DNA of 63,628 nt, counting the filler, from Nanobdellota archaeon (GTDB lineage Archaea > Nanobdellota > Nanobdellia > B33-G15), in NCBI GenBank assembly GCA_003660925.1. It is 8 parts of 8 records of this genome, joined end to end, with 100 filler letters (N's around TTAATTAATTAA, not from the genome) between each part and the next. Parts side by side here need not be neighbours in the genome. Positions count along the whole stretch, not along the records: positions 8,610 to 16,788 come from QMVD01000028.1; positions 16,889 to 25,038 come from QMVD01000029.1; 6 more parts are not named here. The stretch is one strand, 5' to 3'. Below, piece by piece: positions 13,901-22,503 of the stretch. The translations under genes and the position numbers were made by a program. Below the pieces are notes generated by a model. That model made no database searches, was not told the DNA's origin, and worked only from the letters and a program-made list of their open reading frames with translations. The stretch's first letter is position 1. Every line of letters begins with the position of its first letter.

Positions 13901-14034
13901 TTGGCATAAGGTGGACCATCCATGTAAAAGAACTTCTTTCCCTTCCTGTTCTTCGCTTTCCTCTTTTTATGAGTCCCCTCCCTCTTCCAGACCCTCAAGA
14001 CTTTCTCCTCTATCTTCTGGGGCTCATAGTCCAT
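10996..14034 (-). CDS. ileS: Isoleucyl-tRNA synthetase (archaeal/eukaryal type)
   Basis: DGPPYANG, GFDCHGLPIE, WTTTPWT editing domain, WCITRQRYWG and DQIRGWF. HIGH and KMSKS appear as HPGT and DMSKR. Confidence 0.95.
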   Translation of the reverse strand: MDYEPQKIEEKVLRVWKREGTHKKRKAKNRKGKKFFYMDGPPYANGDPHPGTAWNRVHKDMVRRFYWMNGYDVWDQPGFDCHGLPIETTVEKKFGLKNKEDIKRFGEERFIRECRKLAEHNVKVMSKIFERLGEWATWEKPYLTLNNDYIESVWWALKEAWKKKLLYKGKRVLHWCPRCSTALAQNYEIVYKKLRESSIYVKFPLKGKDNEYLIIWTTTPWTIPYNLAVMAHPKEDYVRVRTNGEVWILAKEGLDHLLPEKNYEILEEFKGKDIEGLAYWHPFITEIQKLQEMKEEWAFKVILSEEYVDVKTGSGLVHSAPGCGPEDFEVGQRYGLPPFNTVDEFGVLRDVGPLSGFVARKDDWRIVELLERKGLLVKKEEIEHDYPVCERCKTPVIFRATDQWFIGATKLKEKMLKENKKVKWVPEWAGERRFANWLESIKDWCITRQRYWGIPFPVWTCDKCGKFVVIGSAKELKKKPKDLHKPHIDQVTWKCECGGTFRRSPDVVDVWIDSACVPFASLSYPKKEEPFKRLYPADLIIESHDQIRGWFYSLMAMNTMLFGKCPYKAVYMHGYMLDEKGEDMSKRKGNYVPVPEILKKFGADVFRITMMSTSNPGVDVRYNEKTLREGYKTLNMLWNLQFLMKNAAKLHKIKVKPKVNTERFEDKWAISRINSLTKEVTKLFQSYLLSEPGKLLTEFISDLSKWYVKLVRNRLFNKGRKEAEVVLGNLAYVYEVLLRLMAPITPFVTDEIYRKMFGESVHLQSWPKPDGRLIDEKVEEEMEEVREVVGAILRARDQAGVGIRWPLRRVMLVGKGVPHEEIVKEVANVKDVEVIFSHPEEVGIDFKFNYESLKRFGDKVVPTIISKLIGADGKSIRNKLDKDGKFPLEIDGEVYELVHRDFEFEIKTPPRLVAVEVGERVMYVDFSLDERLKEEGYVRELVRRIQQLRKEHKLERGDFCVVRLSCDLELKRMVEKHRGEIEEKTNSRLEFGEGERGYVIGDKKVKITLLTP

Positions 14035-14172
14035 GGACACCACCTAGAAATAGGCCGAATTTAAAGGTTTTCTCGGATCCGATGATCACCAGCCATGATC
14101 TCACTTACTTCTCAGCTTTTAAAAGCTTTTTGAGTTAAAAGATTTAAAAAACCAACTCACCATTTTTAGTCC

Positions 14173-14709
14173 ATGAGGGTCATCGTGGGCTCTGGGAACC
14201 CCGTGAAGATAAAGGCGGTGAAGGACGCTTTCTCCAAGGTCTTCGAGGATGTGGAGGTTGTTGGGAAGAAGGTCGAAAGCGGCGTTTCCCCACAACCCAT
14301 CGGAGAAGAGACCTTCGAGGGAGCAAGGAACAGGGCTTTGAGGTTGAAGGAAAAGGAGAAGGGAGACTTCTTCGTTGGAATCGAAGGAGGGATCATAAAT
14401 CTGTTTTCGAAGTGGTTCAACTTCGCAGCCGTATGCATAGTTGATAAGAGAGGCAGGATGGGCTACGGTGCTTCCCCCTTGTTTCCTCTTCCGGAATTGG
14501 TGATCAAGCAACTCTTGGAAGGAAAGGAGTTAGGGGACGTGATGGACGAGATCGAGGGGAAGAAAGGGGTGAAGTACGGTGAAGGAGCCATAGGTTTCTT
14601 CACCAGAGGGGCCATGAACAGGAAGGAACTCATGGAAAAAGGCGTCATTTGTGCCCTAATCCCCTTCCTACACGAAGAAATGTTTGAAATCAAAAAGAAG
14701 TTTTTATAA
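14173..14709 (+). CDS. yjjX: Inosine/xanthosine triphosphatase (YjjX/DUF84 family)
   Basis: GSGNPVKIKAV, SGVSPQP, GARNRA, VGIEGG and GAIGFFT. Confidence 0.9.
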   Translation: MRVIVGSGNPVKIKAVKDAFSKVFEDVEVVGKKVESGVSPQPIGEETFEGARNRALRLKEKEKGDFFVGIEGGIINLFSKWFNFAAVCIVDKRGRMGYGASPLFPLPELVIKQLLEGKELGDVMDEIEGKKGVKYGEGAIGFFTRGAMNRKELMEKGVICALIPFLHEEMFEIKKKFL

Positions 14710-14733
14710 AGCGAGGGGATTTCTCTCATTTCC

Positions 14734-15684
14734 ATGGAGATATGGACAGAGAAGTACAGGCCGAAGACGTTGGATGAGGTAGTGGGACAAGAAAAGGTGG
14801 TGGAAAAGCTCAAGGCCTTCGTCAAGGCTAAGAACCTGCCTCACCTCTTATTCGCAGGCCCTGCTGGGACAGGAAAAACGACTTGTGCCCTCGCCATCGC
14901 TCGAGAACTTTATGGTGAAGAATGGAGGGATAACTTGTTGGAATTGAACGCCTCGGATGAAAGGGGGATAGACACCATAAGGACGAAGGTGAAGGAATTC
15001 GCCAGGACCAGACCCATAGGCGACTTCCCTTTTAAGATCATACTTTTGGACGAAGCTGACGCCCTTACCAGGGACGCCCAACAAGCCCTGAGGAGGACCA
15101 TGGAGAACTTCTCCTCCACTTGTAGGTTCATCCTTGATTGTAACTTCTCCTCCAAGATAATAGAACCCATCCAATCGAGATGCGCCATCTTTAGGTTCAA
15201 GCCCTTGGAGAAGGAAGCCATCCAAAAGTATATCATGAGGATCGCGAAGGAGGAGAAGCTCAAGTTAGACAAAAAAGCCTTGGACGCCATTTACTTCGTC
15301 TGCCAGGGAGACGCGAGAAGGGCAGTCAACATCCTTCAGTCCTGTGCCTCTTTGGGAAAGGTGATAACTGAGAAGATGATCTATGAGATGGCAGGAGTAG
15401 CCCAGCCTAGGGAGTTGGAGGACGTCTTGAAGAAGGCGTTAGGAGGGAAGATAAGAGAAGCCATGGACCTGTTGATGGATATCATGATGAAGTACGGATT
15501 GAGCGGATTGGATGCCCTAAAGCAGATGCAGGCCATAATAGTGGATTCTGATATAGAAGACGAGGTGAAGGTCAGGATCATGGACAAGATAGGTGAGTAC
15601 GAGTTCAGGATGGTCCAAGGCTCTGACGAGTTCTTGCAATTAGAGGCTTTGTTGGCTCAGTTACAATTAGTGGGGAGAAAATGA
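14734..15684 (+). CDS. rfcS: Replication factor C small subunit (no intein)
   Basis: WTEKYRP, GPAGTGKT, ELNASDERG, DEAD and SRC motifs. Confidence 0.97.
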   Translation: MEIWTEKYRPKTLDEVVGQEKVVEKLKAFVKAKNLPHLLFAGPAGTGKTTCALAIARELYGEEWRDNLLELNASDERGIDTIRTKVKEFARTRPIGDFPFKIILLDEADALTRDAQQALRRTMENFSSTCRFILDCNFSSKIIEPIQSRCAIFRFKPLEKEAIQKYIMRIAKEEKLKLDKKALDAIYFVCQGDARRAVNILQSCASLGKVITEKMIYEMAGVAQPRELEDVLKKALGGKIREAMDLLMDIMMKYGLSGLDALKQMQAIIVDSDIEDEVKVRIMDKIGEYEFRMVQGSDEFLQLEALLAQLQLVGRK

Positions 15685-16788
15685 GATACGAACCTTCCCT
15701 CAAGGAAATAGTTGGGCAGGCCAAAGCCATTTCAACTATTCTCCAGTTCCTTCAACACTTTAAGCCCGGAAAGGCCTTGTTGTTGTATGGTCCCCCTGGA
15801 GTGGGGAAGACAGCCACGGTCCACGCCATCGCTAGGGAGTACGGGCTCGAGCTCGTGGAGTTGGACTCCAGTACTAGAAGGGATGCTAAATCCATAGAGT
15901 GGGTGGCTGGAAAGGCAGGAAAGCAGGCATCCCTGTTCTTGAGGAAGAAGCTCATCTCCATGGATGAAGTAGACGGGATAAGCGAGAGGGGAGGAATAGC
16001 TGCCCTCGTGAAGCTCGTTCAGACCTCTTCACACCCAGTTGTCCTCATCGCCAATGATCCTTGGTCCAAGAGGCTTAGGCCCTTGAGGCCTTACGTCAAA
16101 TTGGTGGAGTTCAGGAAGCTCACGGAGAGGGATATAAGGAAGATACTTCAGAACTACGCAAAAAAGATGGGGATAAGTTACGAAGAAAAAGTTTTAGAGG
16201 AATTGGCGAGGAGGGCGAGAGGGGATGCGAGGGCCGCGATAAACGACCTTTACATGTTAGCCCAGGGAAAGGAGAAAGTCACTGAGGAGGATCTCGAGCT
16301 GTTGGGTTTTAGGGAGAAGGAAAAGGTGGTGTTCGAGGCGCTGAAGTTGATCTTCAAGAGGAAGGGTTTCAACGCCATCTTCGCGACTTCCAACTTGGAC
16401 ATGGACTTGGACGAGTTCAAGTATTGGGTGATGGAGAACATAGCTAGGGATTATAAGAAGCCTGAGGAGATAGGGAGAGCCTATGACTGCTTGAGCAGGG
16501 CTGACATCTTCCTCTCGAGGGCGAAACTTATGAATTATTATCGCTTCCTGATATATGCCAACACCCTCCTGACCGCTGGGGTCTCCCTTTCGAAGGAAGA
16601 AGTTTACAAGACCTTCACTCCATTCAAGAGCCCCTCTAAAATAAGGAAGATGACTTTAACTAAACAATACAGGCAGACATTTCGAAGGATAGGGGACAAA
16701 GTGGCGGAACTGTGCCACACCTCTCAGGGAAAGGCCGTCAAGGAAATAGTGCCATACTTGGGGTTCTTCCTCAAGAGCGAGAAGTTCA
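15681..16788 (+). CDS. rfcL: Replication factor C large subunit, 3'-truncated
   Basis: GPPGVGKT, DEVDG, LIANDPW and GDARAAINDL. ATGA overlap with rfcS. Confidence 0.92.
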
Positions 16789-16888
16789 NNNNNNNNNNNN
16801 NNNNNNNNNNNNNNNNNNNNNNNNNNNNNNNNTTAATTAATTAANNNNNNNNNNNNNNNNNNNNNNNNNNNNNNNNNNNNNNNNNNNN

Positions 16889-17524
16889 AAGTATCACATA
16901 GTGGACATGTTGAACATAACAGGGGCTCCTTATGAGCCCATGAATGATTTGAAGGCCACGTTGATGTATTATTATCTGGAAGTGGGTCTTGCAGGGGTCA
17001 GTGCTTTCAAGGAGGATATAAGTAGGTTCAAAAAGAATGTTAACTGTATGTGTACCTGGAACCTATTAAACCCTGAGAAAGAATACCTTGTAAGAGCATG
17101 TATTGCTTCAGAGATCTCGGGGCTTTTGTCTTATCTTACAAGAAAGGTTGAAAAAAGGGACGATAAAATCGATGAGTTTGAAAAAAGGGGACTAAATAGT
17201 GAACTTGCATTTATACTCGGGTCTGATTGGTTGTTCAAGGAGACGAAGATCTTGAAGAGGACGAGGATTCCTCAGGATGCTAAGCCGTTAACTGAGAAGT
17301 TGAGCAGGGAGGAACTGAAGAGATTGAATGAGCCCTATTACAGGATGTTGGCGGAGAGGGTGGAGGAGGGGAATCTGGAGGATTTGTTGGAGGATTGGCA
17401 CCTAGTTCCAGAGAACTTGGTGGCAAGGGCTCTGACAAGGGGGTACAGGAGGGAACTTCAGAAGGACATTGAGGAACATCTAGCTAGGGCAGGTTACTTG
17501 CCGGTTGCTAGGAAGGTTGCGTGA
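16889..17524 (+). CDS. Hypothetical protein, 5'-truncated; probable distant paralog of 22504-23127
   Basis: Frame open from contig start. Shares three colinear motifs with the 22504 ORF. Confidence 0.65.
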   Translation, partial: KYHIVDMLNITGAPYEPMNDLKATLMYYYLEVGLAGVSAFKEDISRFKKNVNCMCTWNLLNPEKEYLVRACIASEISGLLSYLTRKVEKRDDKIDEFEKRGLNSELAFILGSDWLFKETKILKRTRIPQDAKPLTEKLSREELKRLNEPYYRMLAERVEEGNLEDLLEDWHLVPENLVARALTRGYRRELQKDIEEHLARAGYLPVARKVA

Positions 17525-17576
17525 AAAACTTTATAACCTTCCTTAGTTCTTTCTTCTTTCATAATGAGGGCGTCCA
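17524..17576 (+). repeat. 53-bp exact direct repeat, copy 1
   Basis: aaaaactttataaccttccttagttctttcttctttcataatgagggcgtcca, identical to 23127-23179. Confidence 0.95.
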
Positions 17577-17579
17577 AGT

Positions 17580-17816
17580 TTATCCGAGTTCTATCTTGAT
17601 CCCGCCGATCCTCTTCGCCACGAAGTTGTAGAGTATCGCTGAGAAGAGGTTCGCGATGAACATGATGGGAATCATCATTAGGTAAGCCAATGCGGAGGTC
17701 ATGTCGTAAGTAAGAGCGCTGACTCCAGCTAGGATGACGAAGAAGATCGCTTGCATCATGGTCAGGACCATGGCGAAGGAGACAGTGTCGATCTTTTTCA
17801 ATTCCTTCATGTTCAT
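17580..17816 (-). CDS. Small two-TM membrane protein
   Basis: Two hydrophobic helices; ends YNFVAKRIGGIKIELG (DUF3566-like pattern, from memory). Confidence 0.7.
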   Translation of the reverse strand: MNMKELKKIDTVSFAMVLTMMQAIFFVILAGVSALTYDMTSALAYLMMIPIMFIANLFSAILYNFVAKRIGGIKIELG

Positions 17817-17895
17817 TAAACATGTACGGTTATTATAAAGATTGTTTTCGACTTTTTTCGAAAATTTTATAAAAAATCTTTAAGAAAAATCGAAC

Positions 17896-18498
17896 ATGAA
17901 GATAGAAAGGGTTTACAGGGAGATCTTGTTTGAGGTCTTGGAGAGAGAGGTTAAAAAGCTCACTCAGAGGGGGCTAAGCCAGCGTTGCGAGGTTTCTCTC
18001 AGCACAGTTAACCACGCCATCAAACCCTTAGTGAGGATGAACGCGGTTGAGGTGAGCAAATTCGGCTTGAGGGTGACTCAACCCAAGAAGATCCTCTATT
18101 ACTGGGCGTGCATCAGGAGGTTAGAAGGAGACGTAGTTTACAAGACATTCTTGAGGGAGGATGTGGAAAGGATAGAAACCATGCTACCTCCTGGATCCAT
18201 TTTAACCGCTTATTCGGCCTTCAAGTTGAGGTTCAGGGAAGCCCCTTCAGAGTACGGGGAGGTGGTAGTTTATGGAAGAAGGGAGGATTTTCTCGAGAGG
18301 TTCGGGAAAGAGAACTTGAAGTTTGAACCCAACTTGATAGTGCTGAAACTCGATGAGCATCTCTTAAAGTTCAAGGAGATCCCAGTGGCTCAAATATTCG
18401 TTGACCTATGGAACTTGAAGAGCTGGTACGCGAATGACTTCCTAAAGAGACTTGAGGTGAGGATAGATGGAATTTTGGAGCGAATGGGTTATCGATAA
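17896..18498 (+). CDS. wHTH protein, AbiEi-like (type IV TA antitoxin candidate)
   Basis: N-terminal HTH (LTQRGLSQRCEVSLSTVNHAI) and C-terminal PVAQIFVDLW. Overlaps the downstream nucleotidyltransferase gene. Confidence 0.6.
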   Translation: MKIERVYREILFEVLEREVKKLTQRGLSQRCEVSLSTVNHAIKPLVRMNAVEVSKFGLRVTQPKKILYYWACIRRLEGDVVYKTFLREDVERIETMLPPGSILTAYSAFKLRFREAPSEYGEVVVYGRREDFLERFGKENLKFEPNLIVLKLDEHLLKFKEIPVAQIFVDLWNLKSWYANDFLKRLEVRIDGILERMGYR

Positions 18499-19093
18499 GA
18501 GCTTCAGTTTACTTAAAGAATTGAGGAGAAGGATAGACTTCATCCTGATAGGAGGTTGGGCTGTTTACTTTTTGACAGGAGCCCTGAAGTCAAAGGATAT
18601 CGATTTGATAGTTGATTTTGAGAACCTAGCTAGGCTAAGAGACCTCATGAGCTTGAGCAAAACGGACTTCTTGAGAAGATACCAAGCCAGAGTTGAGGGG
18701 GTTGATGTGGACATCTACGTCATTCATTACTCTAAATTCATCATCCCGACGGAAGAAATCGTCGAGAACACGATGAGAGTTAAAGGATTCGTGCTCCCTG
18801 CCCCTGAGATCCTCCTCATCTTGAAACAGGAAGCCGAGAAGAGCAGGAGGGACTCCGTGAAGGGCCAGAAGGATAGAACTGACATCTTGGCCTTGTTAGC
18901 GAGTGGGAAAGTGGATATGGGAAAGTACGAAAAGTTGTTGAAGAGATACGGCATAACCAGTTTCAAGAAGAGGTTGTTGGAGATCATTAGGAATTCGAGG
19001 AAAGAATATGAATACCTCGGAGCGAGGAACCCGAAAGAGGTGAAAAAGCTGAAGAGAAAGTTGTTGGAAATGGTAAGGAAAGGGGGAGGGTGA
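18467..19093 (+). CDS. Pol-beta-like nucleotidyltransferase, AbiEii-like (type IV TA toxin candidate)
   Basis: LIGGWAV...SKDIDL, VDVDIY, LILKQ and KDRTDI motifs. Confidence 0.65.
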   Translation: MEFWSEWVIDKSFSLLKELRRRIDFILIGGWAVYFLTGALKSKDIDLIVDFENLARLRDLMSLSKTDFLRRYQARVEGVDVDIYVIHYSKFIIPTEEIVENTMRVKGFVLPAPEILLILKQEAEKSRRDSVKGQKDRTDILALLASGKVDMGKYEKLLKRYGITSFKKRLLEIIRNSRKEYEYLGARNPKEVKKLKRKLLEMVRKGGG

Positions 19094-19212
19094 GCCACTA
19101 CTAACTCTTCCCTCTTTATATAAGTTTCGGCGATTTTTCCCGGGCTTTATAAAAAAATTAATAAACAAGAGGCAATCAATTATTATCGGAGGTCAAAAAG
19201 CGGTGAAACGAA

Positions 19213-19284
19213 ATGGCCAAGAAGAAGAAAAAGAAAAAGGCTACTAAGAAGAAAGCCACCAAGAAGAAAAAGAAGAGGAAGTGA
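19213..19284 (+). CDS. 23-aa poly-lysine peptide MAKKKKKKKATKKKATKKKKKRK (not in ORF track)
   Basis: GGTGA RBS before the ATG, TATA-like tttataaaa upstream, T-rich tract downstream, and mixed AAA/AAG codons. Confidence 0.65.
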   Translation: MAKKKKKKKATKKKATKKKKKRK

Positions 19285-19349
19285 GGTTTAAGGTCCTTGT
19301 TTTTCTTTTTCTATTTTTGGTCCCGTTTTGAGTCCTGCTCTTAAACGAA

Positions 19350-19739
19350 TCAGATAAGGATGATGATCTCTTCGTAAGGGGGCTCCCCCCTCTTATACTT
19401 TTCATACCTCTTCAAGAACATTTCTTTTTCCTCGTAAGTTAAGACATCAAGGATCTCCTCAGCTGAATATCTTCTCAGGAGCGTCTCGAACAATTTGTGT
19501 GCTTCTTTTGCGTATTCTATGCGTTCTTGTTCTGGAGTGATTGCGCTGACACATAATGAAAACAATTTGTTTAGTAATCTTATCACATACCTCCTTTTCT
19601 TCCTCTGCTTTGGGGTCAATTCTTTCAGAAATTCTGTTTTCGGTTCCCTCTTCTGTCTTCTCAATCGCCTCTTATATTCTGCTTCTGCCCAATGATACAA
19701 GGGCTTCCATTCCTGCTCACTTAAACCCCTTCTTAACAT
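19350..19739 (-). CDS. Charged helical protein, paralog of 19739-20215; candidate immunity protein
   Basis: Aligns with its neighbour: FLKELTPKQRKKRR/FLASLTPEQKRRRR and LLRRYSAEEILDVLT/LLKKYSVEEILEVLT. Confidence 0.75.
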   Translation of the reverse strand: MLRRGLSEQEWKPLYHWAEAEYKRRLRRQKREPKTEFLKELTPKQRKKRRYVIRLLNKLFSLCVSAITPEQERIEYAKEAHKLFETLLRRYSAEEILDVLTYEEKEMFLKRYEKYKRGEPPYEEIIILI

Positions 19740-20215
19740 TAGAACAGAGGAGGGAGGCCGTATGCGATGCCTTCTTCTTCATATCTCTCATACCTTTCCA
19801 TGAACTTCTTCTTCTCGTCTTCCGTTAGCACTTCGAGGATCTCTTCAACGGAATACTTTTTTAAGAGGCTCTCCATCAATTCTCCGGCCCGTCTCTTCGC
19901 TTTCTCGCGTTCTTCTGGTGGTTCGTTAGGGTGAACAAAGATGTAGAAGAGGGGCCTTAGTTTTTTCATTATGTCCCTCCTTCTCCTCTTCTGTTCGGGC
20001 GTTAAGCTTGCCAAGAAACGTTTATCTCTTTCCTCTCTCTCCTTCCTCTCCTTCTTCAATTCCCTCAATATTTCTTCATGCATCCTCTTCTCCTCAGGAT
20101 GTTTTCGCCAATATTCTTCGTCCTCTTTCCTCCATCTTTTCAGAGTTTCTCTAAGGTCTTTCAAGAATTTTTTTCTGAAGTCCTCGAGTTCCTTATTCTT
20201 TTTTTTCTCCTTCAC
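19739..20215 (-). CDS. Charged helical protein; candidate immunity protein
   Basis: Start overlaps the stop of the upstream toxin-like gene; paralog of the next ORF. Confidence 0.75.
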   Translation of the reverse strand: MKEKKKNKELEDFRKKFLKDLRETLKRWRKEDEEYWRKHPEEKRMHEEILRELKKERKEREERDKRFLASLTPEQKRRRRDIMKKLRPLFYIFVHPNEPPEEREKAKRRAGELMESLLKKYSVEEILEVLTEDEKKKFMERYERYEEEGIAYGLPPLF

Positions 20216-22380
20216 AAAACACCACCCATAACATCTTTGTAAACCTTTTTGAGTTTATCAATTAGATCTTTTTTCGTCGCGAGCGTCTCCAGCTCCTTTC
20301 TACTTAGCCCCTGGGCGGCCTTCTCCATAACTTTCCCAAAGATCCCCTCTGCCTCCTCGCCCTTGAGTGACAACCAAGCTGAAATTAATGGCAGGTTGTC
20401 GCGCTCGAATAATTTTGAAATCACTTCAGGGTCAATTCCCGCCCTACCTCGTGCAACATCTCCCATGTACTCAATTCCTCCCCAAGATTCTAACCATTCT
20501 AAGTATGCCTTCCTGTACCTCTTGAGAAGTTCCGAATCCGCTTCTTTGAGGAGTCCCAAGGTGAATAGGTCGTGTGCTATTTGATCGACATCTTCTGAAA
20601 GTTCTTTTAGGTCACCTAACTTCCTTGCAAGCTCCGTTCCATACTCAACTGTAAAGGAGTGCAAATACTCGTGATGGATAAGGAAAAATAGACCATCTTC
20701 TTCCATTTGCGCTAGTCTTTCTATATTTAAGTGTATAGTTTTGTCATACCTGTCATAGTAACCGAACACGTCGTAACCTCTTCTCCTCATAGTCCTTTCA
20801 AACACTATCTTGCTCACGTCATTACTCCTGAAACCCATTTTCTTCAGCTTCTCACAAACTTCCTCAGCACTTGAGGCTTCCCTCAACGCTCTCGTGAACA
20901 CGCTTAAGTCGTCAACTTTTGAGGGGAGTTCAACTCTTGCATTCAACTTCACAGCTTCCCTCATGAAATCCTCCCAGCCGTCCAGTCCTTTTACCTTCTT
21001 TATTAAACCACCCAAGTAAGCGAAGAAGTCATCCATCCTCTTCTCCAAGACGTCCGATACGTCGTCGAGTTTCTTTCCAAGCCTTCTCATGAGGTCGTTG
21101 AACTCTTCTCTCTTGAGCACCCTTCTCAGATCTTCTACATATTTGTACCACCACTTGCCTTTGCATCTCTTGAAAAAGTTCTTAGCAAAGGCAAGGTGGG
21201 GATCAAGCGTTTCCGATAAACCAGGGATTTCTGAAACCAAGCCTGCTATAGCTAAACCTCCAACAATGGCATCCTCTCTCCCAAGGACGAATCTGACGCT
21301 GTCCCTTGCATCGGGGTAAGCAGAAATTGCTACGGAGGCGCCACATAAGAACGCACCAACTGGCGTAAGCTCAAGTGTATTCGCGCAAATGGTGCCTGCG
21401 GGCAACATGTCCATACCCATGTCAACCACCATCTCTGCTGTCGTCATATCTTCCCCGGTTACGATGTGCCAAACGTTCACTTGGAGTCCCTCATTGAGAT
21501 CTAACCTGAACTTGTCGAAGTGTCTCATTATCAAGCCCTTTAATGGATGACCATAATATCTCCTACTGAGATAAAAAGCGACGCCTAAGACACCCCCGAA
21601 TGAGATCATGAAGGCGTTCAAGGTCTCCTGGGCAAGACCGTTGAATAGGAGATCAAGGTCAAACCCTACCCCCTCGTGACTCTCCCCAGACCTATAATCA
21701 AACACTCTTTCTCCTCCTTCACTTCTCCTTTGGGTCAACGGCATGAAGTAGGCGTCCCATTCTTCTCCGTCCACTAGGTCCTTAACGTGGACATAACCCC
21801 TCGGGACATTCAACTCCAAAGGTTCCTGATTCCCCTCATAAGTTCTCCCGTTCACCTCGACCTTGTAATAATCGGTTTCCCTGGTCACTAGTTTCCTCTT
21901 GATACAGGAGTAAGGTTCCTTCCTCTCCTCTTTGGAAACACACCTTTCTTCAGAACAATACTTGGGCCTTTCCTTCTGGACGTCCTCACATTTCAGGACC
22001 CACTCACAGCTCTTAACGTAGACACACTTGTAACTGTATTTCAAGGACCAGTGCAAACAAATGAAAAGGAACCACTTATCACACTTGACCCCGTCTATGA
22101 AATAACCGCACTTTGGTTCGTATTTACACTCCCATGACCATCCACAATTCCTCTCGGTGTAGGTCTCCGTCCCACACTCGTAGGTGATGGTCTCATATTT
22201 TGAGCAATGACTTATGGTCTGATAGCAAGTGTCGGTATAACTCACATAGTAACTGCTCGTCTTTTTATGTAAGATGTCGGTTATCTTCAAGTGTACCTCT
22301 TCCCCCAACTCGTAATCTACCCTTAATGCGAGGGAAGTGGATAGGAAAAGGAGGAAAAGAAAGGGAACTAACCTTCGCAT
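20212..22380 (-). CDS. Secreted polymorphic-toxin-like protein: signal peptide, 14-Cys hairpin, hydrophobic segments, C-terminal zincin (HEYLH) domain
   Basis: Signal MRRLVPFLFLLFLSTSLA, TM near aa 255-272, Gly/Ala-rich hydrophobic pre-toxin-like region, and GYYDRYDKTIHLN...LIHHEYLH. Confidence 0.7.
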   Translation of the reverse strand: MRRLVPFLFLLFLSTSLALRVDYELGEEVHLKITDILHKKTSSYYVSYTDTCYQTISHCSKYETITYECGTETYTERNCGWSWECKYEPKCGYFIDGVKCDKWFLFICLHWSLKYSYKCVYVKSCEWVLKCEDVQKERPKYCSEERCVSKEERKEPYSCIKRKLVTRETDYYKVEVNGRTYEGNQEPLELNVPRGYVHVKDLVDGEEWDAYFMPLTQRRSEGGERVFDYRSGESHEGVGFDLDLLFNGLAQETLNAFMISFGGVLGVAFYLSRRYYGHPLKGLIMRHFDKFRLDLNEGLQVNVWHIVTGEDMTTAEMVVDMGMDMLPAGTICANTLELTPVGAFLCGASVAISAYPDARDSVRFVLGREDAIVGGLAIAGLVSEIPGLSETLDPHLAFAKNFFKRCKGKWWYKYVEDLRRVLKREEFNDLMRRLGKKLDDVSDVLEKRMDDFFAYLGGLIKKVKGLDGWEDFMREAVKLNARVELPSKVDDLSVFTRALREASSAEEVCEKLKKMGFRSNDVSKIVFERTMRRRGYDVFGYYDRYDKTIHLNIERLAQMEEDGLFFLIHHEYLHSFTVEYGTELARKLGDLKELSEDVDQIAHDLFTLGLLKEADSELLKRYRKAYLEWLESWGGIEYMGDVARGRAGIDPEVISKLFERDNLPLISAWLSLKGEEAEGIFGKVMEKAAQGLSRKELETLATKKDLIDKLKKVYKDVMGGVL

Positions 22381-22503
22381 TTCCTAATGTTTATGGTCTT
22401 GCCCCGTTAATAAGTTTTTCGATTTTTACCCCTCCCAAATGATAGTAATGTTTTTAAATCCCTGTTTTCAAAAATTAACTAGGAAAGGGGGAGGGATGCA
22501 AAA

